The notes under the pieces are model-generated. The model saw nothing but the letters and a program-made list of their open reading frames with translations, made no database searches and was not told the origin of the DNA. Below, piece by piece: positions 24,701 through 37,872 of a stretch of 64,000 nt of DNA (position 1 is its first letter; every line of letters begins with the position of its first letter). The position numbers were made by a program, and so were the translations under genes. The DNA is taken from positions 377,952,001 through 378,016,000 of the forward strand of contig OZ024743.1 in assembly GCA_964016885.1 (NCBI GenBank), read 5' to 3'. Origin of the DNA: Eledone cirrhosa. Taxonomy: Eukaryota.

Positions 24701-26589
24701 CCTATTTTCCTTTTCTTAGCATGATCTGCCTCCAATATCTGAAATTTTATTTCTGCTTTTTTTCCCAGTCCATATTTGTCTTTTATTATTCAGGTTAGTT
24801 AATTATTTCACTAAACCTTTTATAATTCTTCATTACTTTGATAGTTAAAACACACAGGCAGTATATTCTCATTAGCCATATGGATGGTCATGAAAGGATT
24901 AAGCAATTTACATTAAAAAAAAAAGAGAGGACATATTTACCAATGGTTGCACATACATGTTAAGTGTATGAAACATTGTTTATTCTAAATAAGCTCTCTT
25001 GTAACAGATTGAGCACTGTTTTTCTTGAACTTTCATCTATGGATTCCAACACACACACATACATATATAGTGTTAGGGCCACATCAAAAGTACCCAGACC
25101 TCTCTGTAAGGTGGTCATGCTGGCTACATGATAAAAAAAGCTCAGTTAACCTTGTTATCTGATTATGCTAGTGACACAACAAAAAAAACATCCAGTCCAC
25201 ATTGTAATGTGGTTGGTGTTAGGAAGGGCATCCAACCATAGAAAACAAGCAAAAAAACAGATCCATATGGACAAGACACCTTATCTGACTAGTCTCACAG
25301 CATGAAAACCTGTCTAACCCATGCAAGCATGGAAAATAGATGTTAAACAGTTAGCTGTTTAGCATTTAAACTGGTCGTATCTATCCAGAGTCCTCTCACC
25401 TCTTTCTGATCAAACCTGCCATAACCGGCTGCTCATACTGATATCAAGGTACTGTTAATAAATAATATCAAAATCTCGTAGCTTCGATATTATGTGAGAT
25501 AAAGCCTTTACCATGAAAATACAATAGCAAATATAGAGTAATGTAAATGGTAAAGGGTTAAATGATGATGATGACTGACTGAACAATTGAACTCACATCC
25601 ACCAGATAAACTATCATATTTAACATACTTATATTGACTTTATTATCCTGTAGAATATTTATCAACCAATATATGGAGGCTACAAATGGAATCACCAATA
25701 AAACTATTAAATTGCTCAATAACTGTCCTAGTTTTTAACCTTTTTCATATTTTTATTTATTTTATCTCTTTTCTTACCCCACCTCTTGTTTTTTGTTTCT
25801 TAAATCTCAACATCCTGTAATAATTTAGCAAAAATATTTGAAAACAGGTTTGTTAATTCAAAAGTTTATAGTATCTTTACTAGAGGACAGATTTTTGTGA
25901 AGATCCACAGTAAACTAAAGACTTTAATTTTTCATGTGTGCAGTCAATAATGCTGTTTTTTGTAGTTTTCAGGGAAGTCTCGCGTGGTATAGGGTAGAAA
26001 GAGTTAATTATAAGAGGTATTAGATACCTTTTGCAGTGTCATGGCTTACCAGCTCTAGACTGACATTTAAATAATTAAATCTAACACCTGATGTGACTTA
26101 AAAGCTTCCAACTTCCCTATTCTTACGCTTCCATATGCTGTGTATCTGGTTAAGAATAGTATATCATATTCCTACATTGCCTCAGAAAGTTCCATCCAGC
26201 TTATGACAGCAGGGAAAAGTTGATGTAAAAATGATACTGCTGTCAGGCCTACTGAAGGGGTTTATCAGAACTGTTATAATTTTTTTTCTTCTATTATCTT
26301 CTCTTCTAATATTGAAGTACCCTTATCTATTATCTTGACTTTGCTCCATAAGTGTTGATGCCTCTCCACTTCCCTCCACAAATGACCAACCATTTTAGAT
26401 ACCTCACTGTCTCCATGGATTATAGCTCCACAATATTCCTCTAGCCTTAATTTTTAAGTGTTGGCCATGACACATTTCTATTCTTCCTTCCCATAACAGT
26501 TGTGCACACAGTTCTTAGTCAGGGAGCTTTGTAGCTTTGTTGGGAACATATATCTCCAAAGGGCAAACATGCTTTTGGATATAGATCTC

Positions 26590-26910
26590 AACTTTTCCAA
26601 TATGGTTTGGGGTGCTAGACCCCATATCTAGTGTAAGACCCTATTTCCTAGTTTCTAGTGTAAGACCCGGTTTCTAGGTGAAAGACCCCATTTCTAGGTG
26701 TAAGACCATATTTCTAGTGTAAGATCCCGTTTCTAGGTGAAAGACCCACATTTCTAGGTGTAAGACCCCATTTTTAGTGTTATACCTTGTTTCTAGTGTT
26801 AGACTCCATTTCTAGTATAAGACCCCATTTCTAGTGTAGGACACCATATCTAGTACAAGACCACATTTCAGGTGTAGACCCCACTTCTAGTGTAAGAGCC
26901 CATTTCTAGA
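26590..26910. repeat. Degenerate ~21-bp minisatellite (tttctagtgtaagacccca)
   Basis: Direct reading, roughly 14 units. Confidence 0.85.
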
Positions 26911-27736
26911 TAATTGGACTGCAGCAGTTTTTGACCAATGTTCTCAAAACTTGCATTTTTGTTCTTTGATATATTGTTAGTAAAGATTAATATAAGGGGG
27001 GGGGGGGGGGGGGGAAAGAAACTACAGGAAAAAGAAAAAAGGTATAATTGTCATTATTGTTTTTATTAATTAATTAATTTATTTGGCAGAAACAGACAAA
27101 AAGCTTTGTGGCATTTAGTAATGGCTTATTAGATTCGGAGTTCAAATCCTGCCGAAGTCAACTTTGCCTTTCATTCTTCTGAGGTTGACAAAATAAAGTA
27201 CCAATCAAGTACTTGGGTTGATATAATCAACCTTCCCCTCCCCCAACATTGTTGGCCTTGTGCTTAAGTTAAAAATCATCAATTAATTCATAGATTCATT
27301 ACCATTTCTTTTACTTTTTTCCTTACATTTATCTTTATTAAACAATACTACTACTACTACCACTACTATATATATATATATATATATATCAAATTATAAA
27401 TGCAAGGAAACAATAGACCAAATATACCTATTTTTTTCTTCAAAGTCCCAACTGCACTTTCACCAACTAGATTGCAACAACCATGCAATAGAAAAGTGCA
27501 CCACCATAATGAGGCTGAAAGCTTGTCAAAAGACCCCTCAATTTAGTAGACTATTTCTTGACTTGACTGTTACAAATGAATAATTCTCAGGAGGGAGAAA
27601 TTAGTACATGATACAGCGGTCACAGAAGGGAGGCAAAGGCTAGGCATTTAGCGAGTACCAAATTTGCTAGAAAAAGCAGTCAGCACCAGCCTGTTTAACT
27701 CAACCATAAGGGAGTTGGAACAAAATAGTATCTCAT

Positions 27737-27796
<60 letters not shown>

Positions 27797-27862
27797 GAAG
27801 TAATTCAGTCGGAAAGGTCCAGGAAAAAAGAGTGCTCTATGTAGGTTACAGAGCTTATTAGT

Positions 27863-28002
27863 TATGTAATAAACAACATAAGATAATTATTTCATTTACC
27901 AGTGGTTTCTTGAAAGCAAACAAATTTGACTGAAAGCAAATTTGTTTGCTTTCAAGAAACCACTGGAAAATTAAATAATTATCTTATGTTGTTTATTACA
28001 TA
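27863..28002. repeat. Inverted repeat with ~66-bp arms and an 8-nt loop, between (TA)n tracts
   Basis: Arms 27863-27928 and 27937-28002 are reverse complements with about 2 mismatches. Confidence 0.9.
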
Positions 28003-28303
28003 TATATATATATATATATATATAAAGAATGATGTGGTCATAAGAGAAGCTATAAAATAGAGTGATGATTCTTAAAGATGGAAAAAGTAGTTGCCATCAA
28101 CCGCTGAGGTTCCAAACCAGTTTAGTATTGATACTCACGAGAATGAGTGCTCAATACCATAGTAGATTAATAGTTTTATTAAAGTTTAGTCAGTGGCCCG
28201 TTCCTCTTGAAATTCTGTATTACAGAGTAATAGGCCACCGACTCGACCTTAATAACACTACACACACACACATAATGGTTTGCTATTTTTTTTGTGGAAC
28301 TAA

Positions 28304-28335
<32 letters not shown>

Positions 28336-29112
28336 GCAAAAGGCAAACAGAAATAACAAAGCAAACGACACAGTTCAATGAAGAAATATATTATTAGTTT
28401 TACGCTTGATATAGTAGGAAAAGAATCTTCATCAGAAAATAATATTTTGTTTCTTTCCTATATTTATTCACTTAAACACATATTGTTAGATAAACCCACA
28501 CGCATCTATGTTTGTATGTATGTACGTATATGTATATGACATAACTATTCTCGTACATATTTCATAGAAAGTCCTTTTTTTGTTAATCTGCCTGAGGTCC
28601 CACCGCCTTAAGCACCCCTCTATATTTTTGTTTGTGTTTATATACATACATGAAGCTTAAAAAATACAGCTGATTTTTCTTTCTTTTGTGTTTGACGACA
28701 GACCTTCAACTTTGTGTTTTTTATGTGAAGCGTCATTCTAGAAAGTTGCCAAAACAAATATGTTTCATAGAATAAACCTAACTAATTTTTTGTCTTTACT
28801 ATCATCGCTATTGTTTACAAATCTCTCCCGCCTTATTTCGGGAAAGCTTGTCATTGTTTATCTAACAGGATGATAAATCTCTCACTCCCACGTAACAACT
28901 TTACAACAGTGTGTGTGTAAATTGACACAAGATAGAATAATAATAATCAATAGGAGAATGCATCCTTTTCGCCATCTACACTTGCTAGCATATAAACTTT
29001 ATTTCCAATAGTTAATTTCAGTCAAACTCAAGCTAACCAAGGACTTTGAAATTCATTTGCTATTCAAAATTATGAACGCAATTTCTTTGTCCCCCACAGT
29101 TTCAGTTGACGT

Positions 29113-29150
<38 letters not shown>

Positions 29151-29477
29151 GGAGGTCCGACCATAGTTCAAGTTTAATATCACCTAGGCCTATTGATTCA
29201 TATATTGATAGATCTCAATCTTATGAATCGAATTTGTCCCCTGAAACAATTGTAAACAAATAAATATTTTTTCTAAAATTGTGTTGTTTATCCTCCTACT
29301 ATATATATCCTTTTTATTCTGTGTACTCACTGAATCACCAGTGTTGTCTGCTGATCCTGTGAGTATATAGGAGTAATAAGACACATTACTTAACCATAAT
29401 AGAGAATATTATTAAACTGTATTTCAGTATTGAGCACTCAATCTTGCGTCCGCCCGTCAATAGACCCCCTTTTCAAA

Positions 29478-29510
<33 letters not shown>

Positions 29511-29808
29511 TATATTATATTATTTATGTTTCCGAGTATGAAATCCGAGCCTTGTAGTGCATCTGAGCACTGTACACAATAATTTTCATTAATATTATTG
29601 TATAAATAAATAATATATTTCAGCTCTCTTCTCGATTGAGCACTGTTTTCCTTTTCACACATTCGGATATTGCTATATATATGTGTGTGTGTATATATAT
29701 AACTATGTATATATATATGCGTTCGTGAGCCTGCATGCGTGCCTGTGTGATGATATGATTTTTGTGCATGTAGTTTGAATAAATAAAAACAATCGAGTAA
29801 AAGCTTAC

Positions 29809-30156
29809 CTTGATTTGTTCTCCTTCCACTAAAATCATCTTTTCACGAAAATCAACACCAATTGTAGCTTCAGTCTTGTCCGGGAATTTCCCACTGCAGA
29901 ATCTATACGTGAGGCATGTTTTGCCAACATTTGAATCACCGATCACAATAATCTTGAAGATCCGTTTTTGGGCTTGTTTTTCAATTATTTTGGAAGATGG
30001 AGCGCTGGAAGTACTAGACGTAGTCACTGTTGTCGTTGTCTTAACATCACCAACTTGGCTTTCTGTGTTGGCTATTATCGTTTTTGTTGTATCACTATAA
30101 CAGCCAGCTGACGATGTGCCTACAGGCTCGAGGCCAAGAGGTGATTCTGTGTTCAT
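29809..30156 (-). CDS. RAB33: Rab33 first main coding exon (MNTESPLG...[23 protein letters not shown]...[12 protein letters not shown]...EQIK)
   Basis: P-loop GDSNVGKT and effector TIGVDF. AAG|gtaag donor at 29808 is phase 0 and joins the 10944 exon across an ~18.9 kb intron. A cag acceptor lies immediately before 30157. Confidence 0.95.
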
Positions 30157-30299
30157 TCTGCGAATATCATATGTAACAAATAAATATAAATTAAAACAAT
30201 TATACAAACAAAACAAACTGAATTAGAAGAAAATCAGATTTTTTGATTATTTTGGGGTACGTTGCAGTAGTATGGTAAAAATACAAAGCCAGATGATTT

Positions 30300-30590
30300 A
30301 CCTTTCCTCCATGCTTGTTTACGTACTTACGGTGATCACATACGAAAAGTTTTATTTTAATGCAAGGAAAATTAATTAATATATAATTTATTAATTTAAA
30401 AAAAATTGAAATTATTATTTAAAACAATAATTTACACTTTCTTAAAAAAACTTGTAGAAATCCTCGTGTGAACGAGAAGTTAAGAATCGGTACTCACGCC
30501 ATATTGAAAATTTCACCACGAGGTGTAGGGGCTGTAAAGTAAAATACCTTTCATTAACTCCCGTGCTTAATTAAGCAGGGGATCACCATT
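30300..30590. promoter_or_regulatory. Putative compact bidirectional promoter shared by Rab33 and NAA15
   Basis: Divergent start codons at 30156 (or 30502) and 30591. YY1-like CGCCATATTG at 30497-30506, palindrome TGCTTAATTAAGCA at 30564-30577, inverted CCTCGTG/CACGAGG at 30462 and 30517. No TE recognised here. Confidence 0.6.
30498..30502 (-). CDS. RAB33: Candidate Rab33 start mini-exon (ATG GC|gtgagt), giving M-A-M-N-T-E-S when spliced to 30157
   Basis: aatATGG Kozak context, consensus GTGAGT donor, and phase 2 matching the cag|A ATG acceptor. No transcript evidence. Confidence 0.45.
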
Positions 30591-30647
30591 ATGCCAACAA
30601 ATAACCCTCTCCCACCTAAAGAATATGCACTTTTCAAAAGGATTTTG
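30591..30647 (+). CDS. NAA15: NAA15 (NatA auxiliary subunit) exon 1, MPTNNPLPPKEYALFKRIL
   Basis: Matches the conserved Naa15/Nat1 N-terminus LPPKExALFKRIL; gtaag donor at 30648. Confidence 0.93.
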
Positions 30648-32761
30648 GTAAGTTGTCGTTTTCTTAAAAGAAATAACAATCATTACCGTTCTGAACCTCC
30701 TTACCCCTGTGTAAAGTTATGCTGCCTTCTTGATTCAGAGTTGGCATGAACTTTTTATAACTATTCTCTTTATTTTATCGAACAAGTATGAATTCATGTG
30801 AATATTTATAATTAACCTGATTGTTAATCATCTTTTGTTTTCGTTAACCTATCTAAATTAAATAATAGATCTGTGAAAGGACAAGTGTGTCATTAGTGTC
30901 AGTATCATAAGGGGAATATATCGAATAGTTAGTGTATTGCAAATTCTGCCGAGTGTTGAACGTTTCATTTACATGTAACGCGAATCCTGAAAAATCTCCC
31001 GATTCCCCCAATAAAACAGTTAAAATTTCAAATTTATATATATATATATATATTCATAAGACTTGATTCAGTGGTATTCTGCATCGAATTGGAATTTCGT
31101 TTCATGTCTTTTGCCTGTTGCTCGTGTTGTAATAACGACCTGGAGGTAGCTGAAAACTCCTTTTTTAGAAAATATTTTCCCTACTTTTATTTTCTATAGA
31201 TTAATTGTGTTTCTATGTCAATATCATAAATTAAGTCGTGTTTTAATCATGCTTTGCCGGTTGTCTAACATGTATGTCACCGTGTGCTTGAAATATTTTT
31301 GAAGAGTAATTTCACTTGCGTCTGAGCAATAAATATATTCTACAAATTTTTTTTTTCACTCCAACTCATACAATTGTTTTTTGGTTATCATTCTAATTAA
31401 CGTTGTGTGTAATTCTGTTGTTGAGATAGAATAAAGATTGAGTTATGCATGCTAAAATATTTTTACTTGCAGTATTTTAAAGTTGCATATAACCCTGGAT
31501 TGAATTGAATTTCGTTATCTTTACGAGATCTTCGTTGATCCTTTTCCAATATTAAGTATTCCTCCACTGGACAGCTTAGCACAAAAAATTGCATTTTTGG
31601 ATATATGATGTGAATAAGACATCAATCGTCACCCCTTTGATTTAAATTTTTTTTTTTACACTTAAGTGTTTTCTATATTTCGTGTTTGCACATGGGGGTC
31701 CCATGCGTTTGCACATGGGGTCCAGGTTTCCCGAAAGCTTCTCATGATTAATTTTTTTCTCTCACTATTAATTAAGGATCTACATACAATACCTTTTTTT
31801 CTGTTGTATTTGAGTGGTTGTATTAATTAATTGTCTTAACGAATTTAGCACACCGAACTATAGTGTATATTCATTTAGTGATATAGAGAGAAAGATATCA
31901 ATTTACATGTTTGAGAAAATTAAACGATACTTTTTCGGTGAGTGGGTTATATCCTGTAATATCAGAAGACTTGATCTGGGATCCACATACGTTTGTTTAA
32001 CGATTGTTAATTTCGTTTCTAAAAACGAGTGTTTTTATGAAGAGGAGAAACAATGAGATATTAAATTTCTTGAGAACTATTACGAATTTATTTTTACCAT
32101 TTTGAATACCTATTAGTCTATTTTTATTAGACCAGAACAGTTAAATGGAATTACACAAACATTCCTTTAAAAAACTATTTTGATTGATATTTTTGCCTAA
32201 CACCAGTAAAATGTAATTTACACACCACACACGCACATACATGTATGTGTATATATATGTACGTATGTGTGTGTGTATATATATATATACCAAATCATTC
32301 AAGAGTTATAAAAGTGTTTATTTTAAAATATTATTTAGTGTGCAGCTAGTTGGTTGTATGTCCGGTGTAAAAACTAAGTTGCATCACGGTAATCTGAAAT
32401 CGCTTTCATATTACTATCCTCCCTCCCTAGGGTAACCTGGATCTGGTTTCAAATTACCTCTTGCACTGTTTATATTACCTCCCCCTCTCTGATTTAGCTA
32501 ACATGATCAATTCTGATGCTTATAATAATAATAATGGAAGTATCGTTATATTAGCCCTAAAAGAAACTGGTTTAAGTTGTTAAAATGAAATTACCACAAT
32601 AGTACACTCGAGGTAATCTAAAATCGATTTCATCATACCTTTCGATAATCTGAACACCGAAAGGTGAAGTGAAGCAGGGGTAATATAGAATCGTTACACC
32701 GCTCCGAACCTATGTTACACAAACGTATAATAATATGCGTTATTTTATTGGTTTTAGTCTA

Positions 32762-32859
32762 CAGTGTCCCCCAAAAATGTATACACACTTTGTTGATTGC
32801 TTTTACTGCAATATTTATTAGAATGATGTTGAAGTGTATACAATTTTGGTGACATCCTG
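32762..32859. mobile_element. Tc1/mariner-type MITE (~100 bp)
   Basis: TA flanks; imperfect TIRs CAGTGTCCCCCAAAAATGTATACAC / GTGTATACAATTTTGGTGACATCCTG. Confidence 0.7.
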
Positions 32860-34213
32860 TATATAACTGATATGTAACTATTTTTCATTCTATCCTCGAG
32901 TGATTGGTGCTTAATTACTACAGCAAATCGTCAAGACTTTGACGCGAGGAATATTCCTATTACAGCATATATATAATTTAAAGTAATTGTCTTATAATGA
33001 CTTAATGAGCGTTAAATTAGCTTTAATGACTGTTCATTGTTTAAAGAAGTTTACTAACACGAGAATGTTCTGAAATTTTGGACTGCTCATTTGAAATGTA
33101 TTTTCGTTTAATTCATTCTTTGAAATATAGTCTTAACATATCCTTTTACTCCGAGCAAGCTCTGCTTGGGCAGCAGTAGAATAGCTATCCATTGTTAAAA
33201 CAATTGCTTAAACAATATAGAAATGTCTTTAAAAAAGTAACAAAAGAACTTCCAACTCATACTAGCATAAGAAAATCAATGTAAAATCATAAAATAAAAC
33301 TATAATAAAACCATTAATAATCTAGTCAGCTCTTTAACTTTTTATTTAATAAATGTGGTCTTGGAAAGAAGTGATTACTGTATTATTTACAAGGTTAGGT
33401 AATTATTTGTTTCACATTTAAGTTAGTATCGGAATGTATGAGTGGATTTAATCACAACATTATTGAAAAGATTAACAACTGAGAATGAACAGGGTAACAG
33501 ATAGTTTTAGATGTAGAAAAAATAAAAAGATATGGTTTTGTTATGTGAAGAAAGGAAAGGTGAAAATTGAGTACTGTGTTAAAAAATATGGCTAAGTTGA
33601 CAAAGAATAAAGTGTGGTTTTTAATTCATTTTGGTTTATATATTTTTGGAATTAATGAAGAATTCTAACTTGTAAATGTATTGACATTTGTATTATCCTT
33701 TCAGTTTAACTCTACTGTAATGATTTAGCAGAAAATATCTGAAAACTAGTGTTAATTTAAATATTTATAGTGTCTTTAATGGTGGACAAATTGTGAAAAT
33801 TTACAGTAAACTAAAAGCTTCAATTTTTAAAGTAATGCAGCCATAGAATGCCTTACTAATGTGGTTTCATGTGATACAGGATATTATGAGTTAGGAACTG
33901 CATTAGAAACAGCTCCTCTTTAACTAAATTGTCATGGACCTGGTCAGACTTAATTTAAAATCAGTCCCCATTCTCTTGATAAAACTTGTGAATATTAACA
34001 TTGGTTTTATAATATAATTAATTCAATAAATGGTTCTTATGTCATGTTGGAAGATTTTAATTTAAATAGGAACCTTTTAAAATGGGTTAGGGACTTAGTA
34101 ATATAACTAATTTTTCATTATTAAACTGGTGTTTGAAACAACATAAATGTTCTTATATAAAATTACGATGGAAAGTTTTAAACTAAATATAGGCACTTTA
34201 ACTCTTTAGCATT

Positions 34214-35652
34214 GTTGTAGCCATGTATAGGGGAGCAGTCAGCAAAGTTAGGATTAGCAATGAGTATAGCGAGGAATTTAGCGTACAGGTTGGGGTCCAC
34301 CAGGGCTCTGTTCTTAGCCCTCTCCTGTTCATCATAGTCCTGCAGGTAATAACGGAGGAATTTAAGACCGGATGCCCATGGGAACTCCTGTATGCTGATG
34401 ACCTCGCACTCATAGCTGAATCTATGATAGAACTAGAGAATAAATTCCAAACCTGGAAGCAGGGACTAGAGAGAAAGGGTCTCAAAGTCAACATGACAAA
34501 GACTAAGGTCCTTGTAAGTAGACGAGAAAACAGAACCCAGATCCCCTCAGGGAAATGGCCTTGCTCAGTATGTAGGAAAGGTGTAGGTAGGAACTCCATT
34601 CTCTGCCCCAAATGCAAACAATGGGTACACAAGAGATGTAGCGGGATCTCAGGAAGCTTAATTAAGAATGTAGGATTCACATGCAGCAGCTGTGCTGAAA
34701 CAGCAAGCAGCAAACAGCCACAGGAAACAAGTACCACCAATCTCTGGGAGGGCCCTGTAGAAACAGTAGACAGCTTCTGCTACCTAGGTGACCGAATTAG
34801 CAACGGAGGTGGGTGTTCAGAAAGTACAATAACTAGGGTAAGAACGGGATGGAAGAAGTTTAGGGAACTACTACCACTGCTAGCTGCAAAAGGCTTCTCC
34901 CTCAGAATGAAAGGCAGACTGTATGATGCGTGTATCCGAACAGCGATGTTGCAGGGTAGTGAGACCTGGGCGCTGAAGGTGGATGACTTACGTAGATTAG
35001 AGAGAAACGAAGCCTGCATGCTCCGATGGATGTGTAACAGTAATATACGTGAACGACAAAGCATAAAGGAATTGAGAGAGAGACTGAGCATAAGAGGAAT
35101 CAAATGCTGTGTGCAGGAGAGGCGGTTGCGCTGGTATGGACATGTGATACGTATGAAGGATGACAGCTGCATAAAAAGGTGCAGAGCACTAGAAGTTGAT
35201 GGAAACCGCGGAGTGGGGAGACCCAAGATGACCTGGGATGAGGTGATAAAAGCCGACCTTACCCAATTACACCTCTCAAAGACAATGACACACGACCGTG
35301 ACTTCTGGCGTCACGCAGTAATACAGAGTACCCGACCTCCCATGGGTACAAGCTGAAGCATATAGACAATATGCCCCCACACCCCCCACTGCAAGGTGGT
35401 CGTAGAGGTGCCACGGCAAAAAAGCACCCAGCCCACACTGTAAAGTGGACGTGTAGGCGCCACAAAAAAGCACCCAGCACTCACTGTAAATGAGGTTGGC
35501 GTTAGGAAGGGCATCCAGCTGTAGAAATCAAGCCAGATCAGTTCCTGTATGAGCAAGGCATGGTCAGCCGACCAGACACTGCACACAACAGGACAACCCG
35601 TCTAACCCATGCTAGCGTGGAAGAACGGACGTAAAACGGTGATGATGATGAT
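34214..35652 (+). mobile_element. RTE-clade LINE, 5'-truncated, with an uninterrupted 377-aa RT C-terminal ORF, 3'UTR and (GAT)n tail; inserted inside a piggyBac MITE
   Basis: GVHQGSVLSP, LLYADDL, FCYLG, GSETW, RRLRWYGHV and GRPKMTW motifs; MITE halves on either side. Confidence 0.93.
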
Positions 35653-37724
35653 GTATCTGGCCAGAATTCTCTCACCCCTTTTTTTTCAAACTGGCTGCTC
35701 ATGTTAATGTTCTCAAAATAAATAATGTCAAAATCTTGTAGATTTGATATTATGAGAGAGAAAGTGTTTACTGTGAAAAATATAATAGTAAATATATAGT
35801 AATGTAAATGCTAAAGGATTAAGATAATGTAGAACCATGGGCAGTTTATTATAAAAACGGTTAAACCTTCCATTAGTTGTTGCATTTAGCTTTTGATTGA
35901 GTAGTATATATTGTAGGACAAATTTAGAGCAAGGTAGGAATAAATGATTTGTGAAATATTCAGGCTATGTATGAACGAACTAAGATTAAGATCAGGATAT
36001 AATGCTATAGCCAGAAAGGTGTTACATTTCAGGCACCTTCATTCCAATTTCTTCAGCTTTAACTTTGAAATACTCAGGTGGAATTCAGAATTACCAATAA
36101 TAAAGAGAAACAAGTATTCTTATTATAAGAAGAGAATACATGATATAGTAGATGCAGCCATTTACCAAAGCATCATGAATTACTGGAAATACTGAATATG
36201 TTGTTACTTAGGCTGCCTGATTAATGCTGAAACTGGAGCATATGATAGCTTAGTATTGTAGGTAGGAGATATTTAGACATCTATTATTTAACAGTAAAGG
36301 GGGTTTTGTGTATTAAGTTACTTGTATGGCGTTTGTCAACTGATAAAGGCAAAGAGCCTTTATAATTTACTAGACTGGAACAAGTGGGCAAAGAAAATAT
36401 AATAGATAACATTGAAAAACAATGTTGCATTGAAAAATACTTTACAGTGTTACTTTAGCTTCAAAATGGTACCATATTTAGTCAAATTTGTCTTCTTCAT
36501 ACCTAATACACTTTTCACAAATATGCAAATGATGAGCCTCTATGTCATCAATTGACTTGCTAAAAATAGCAGCCAGATATATCATTCAAATGAAGACCTT
36601 ATAGAACAGAAGGATACAGTACAATGTTGTCTTGAAACAATTCTGCAATGGTCACAGCAGGAGCATCTTTGATCATAGGCCCATTTGATTTGAGCTCACC
36701 TGCAGTTAAACAACAAGAGAAATATCTATTGACTATTATTCCTGTTACTATTTTGATATTTCAGGCATGTTCATCTGTATCTAATTCCAAACTATTTCCA
36801 CATAACAATTTTCAGAACAAATTACATTTATTTTATCAAATAAACAGTGATGCTGTTTCTAGTTGCAGGTGCATTAAAAAAAAAAAATGGCCCACTTGTC
36901 AAGGGTGGCCTTTTGTTTTTTGAAGTGATTGCTTCCAATCAAAACTTTTTTAAAATATGACTTTTATTGTGTCTTGGACAATCTTAGTTGTATTGGCAAT
37001 TAAGATCTGAATTAATCAACATCGCTTGAGGTGAATTTATACGTTTCATGTGTGTATCAATAATATACTGGGATGATATTAATAAGGTGGCAAATAAGAA
37101 GTTGTTAAAATATCGGATAGAATGCTTTGCAGTGTTTCTTTCAACTTTTTCCACTGCGGTCAGAATTGCCTTTCATCCTTTTGAATAAGAACCAGTTCAG
37201 TACTTGGGTCAGTTTTTTTTTCTATATCTCTTTCTCGCTTCCCTTTCTCTCCTTTGGAAGAAATCAGCTGTGTTCACAGACCACACTGTGTGGTGGTAGT
37301 GTCAGTCACGATAAAAATGCTCCCAGTACATGCTGTAAAGTGGTTGACATTAGGAAAGGTATTCAGCCATAAAAACCAAGCCAAAACGAAGTGTACGAGC
37401 TGGATGTAGTTACCATACCAGTCTAACCTCAGTATGTGACATGGAAAATAGATGTTAAATGGTGATGATGAAGATAATATCTAACATACAAATATTTCAA
37501 TATATTCTGTTCACTTCATGAAATTGTTCTTTGCAATTTATGTAACGATAAATTAATAACAGCATACTCTTTGGATGTCAGTCTTTAATGTTCTTGTGTT
37601 CTCTAAATTAGAATCAGGCAACATCTCCCAGAGTTCCCAAATATCAATTTGCCATATTGAATCTTCCCATTGGAAAAACTCTTGTTTGGGGGTCTGCTAC
37701 ATGTTCAAACTGAAACTTCTAGAA

Positions 37725-37872
37725 CAGACATGGGCAACCTTTTTGAGCTGTGAACTGCATGAGATATGGTACATCATAAGACAGGCCACACTACTAAAAA
37801 GATTTAAGTGCACTATTCAGAAAGCGAAATAGACCATATGTAGCCCATTGGTCACAGTTTCCCCCACAACTG
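37725..37872. mobile_element. hAT-type MITE
   Basis: 8-bp TSD TTCTAGAA at 37717-37724 and 37873-37880; CAG...CTG ends with imperfect TIRs. Confidence 0.75.

Noticed and set aside
28385-28445. Minus-strand CTGATGA...AAAAC as a further hammerhead
   Set aside because: GAAAC and stems are too degenerate to support from this copy alone.
29620-30216. 198-aa single-exon GTPase ORF as listed in the ORF track
   Set aside because: It starts at a TTG in intron-like sequence and reads through the 29808 donor; the real gene is spliced.
34198-35586. Antisense ORFs over the RTE copies (and their mirrors at 38370-39255)
   Set aside because: Shadow frames of the LINE; their duplication reflects the TE copies, not a gene family.
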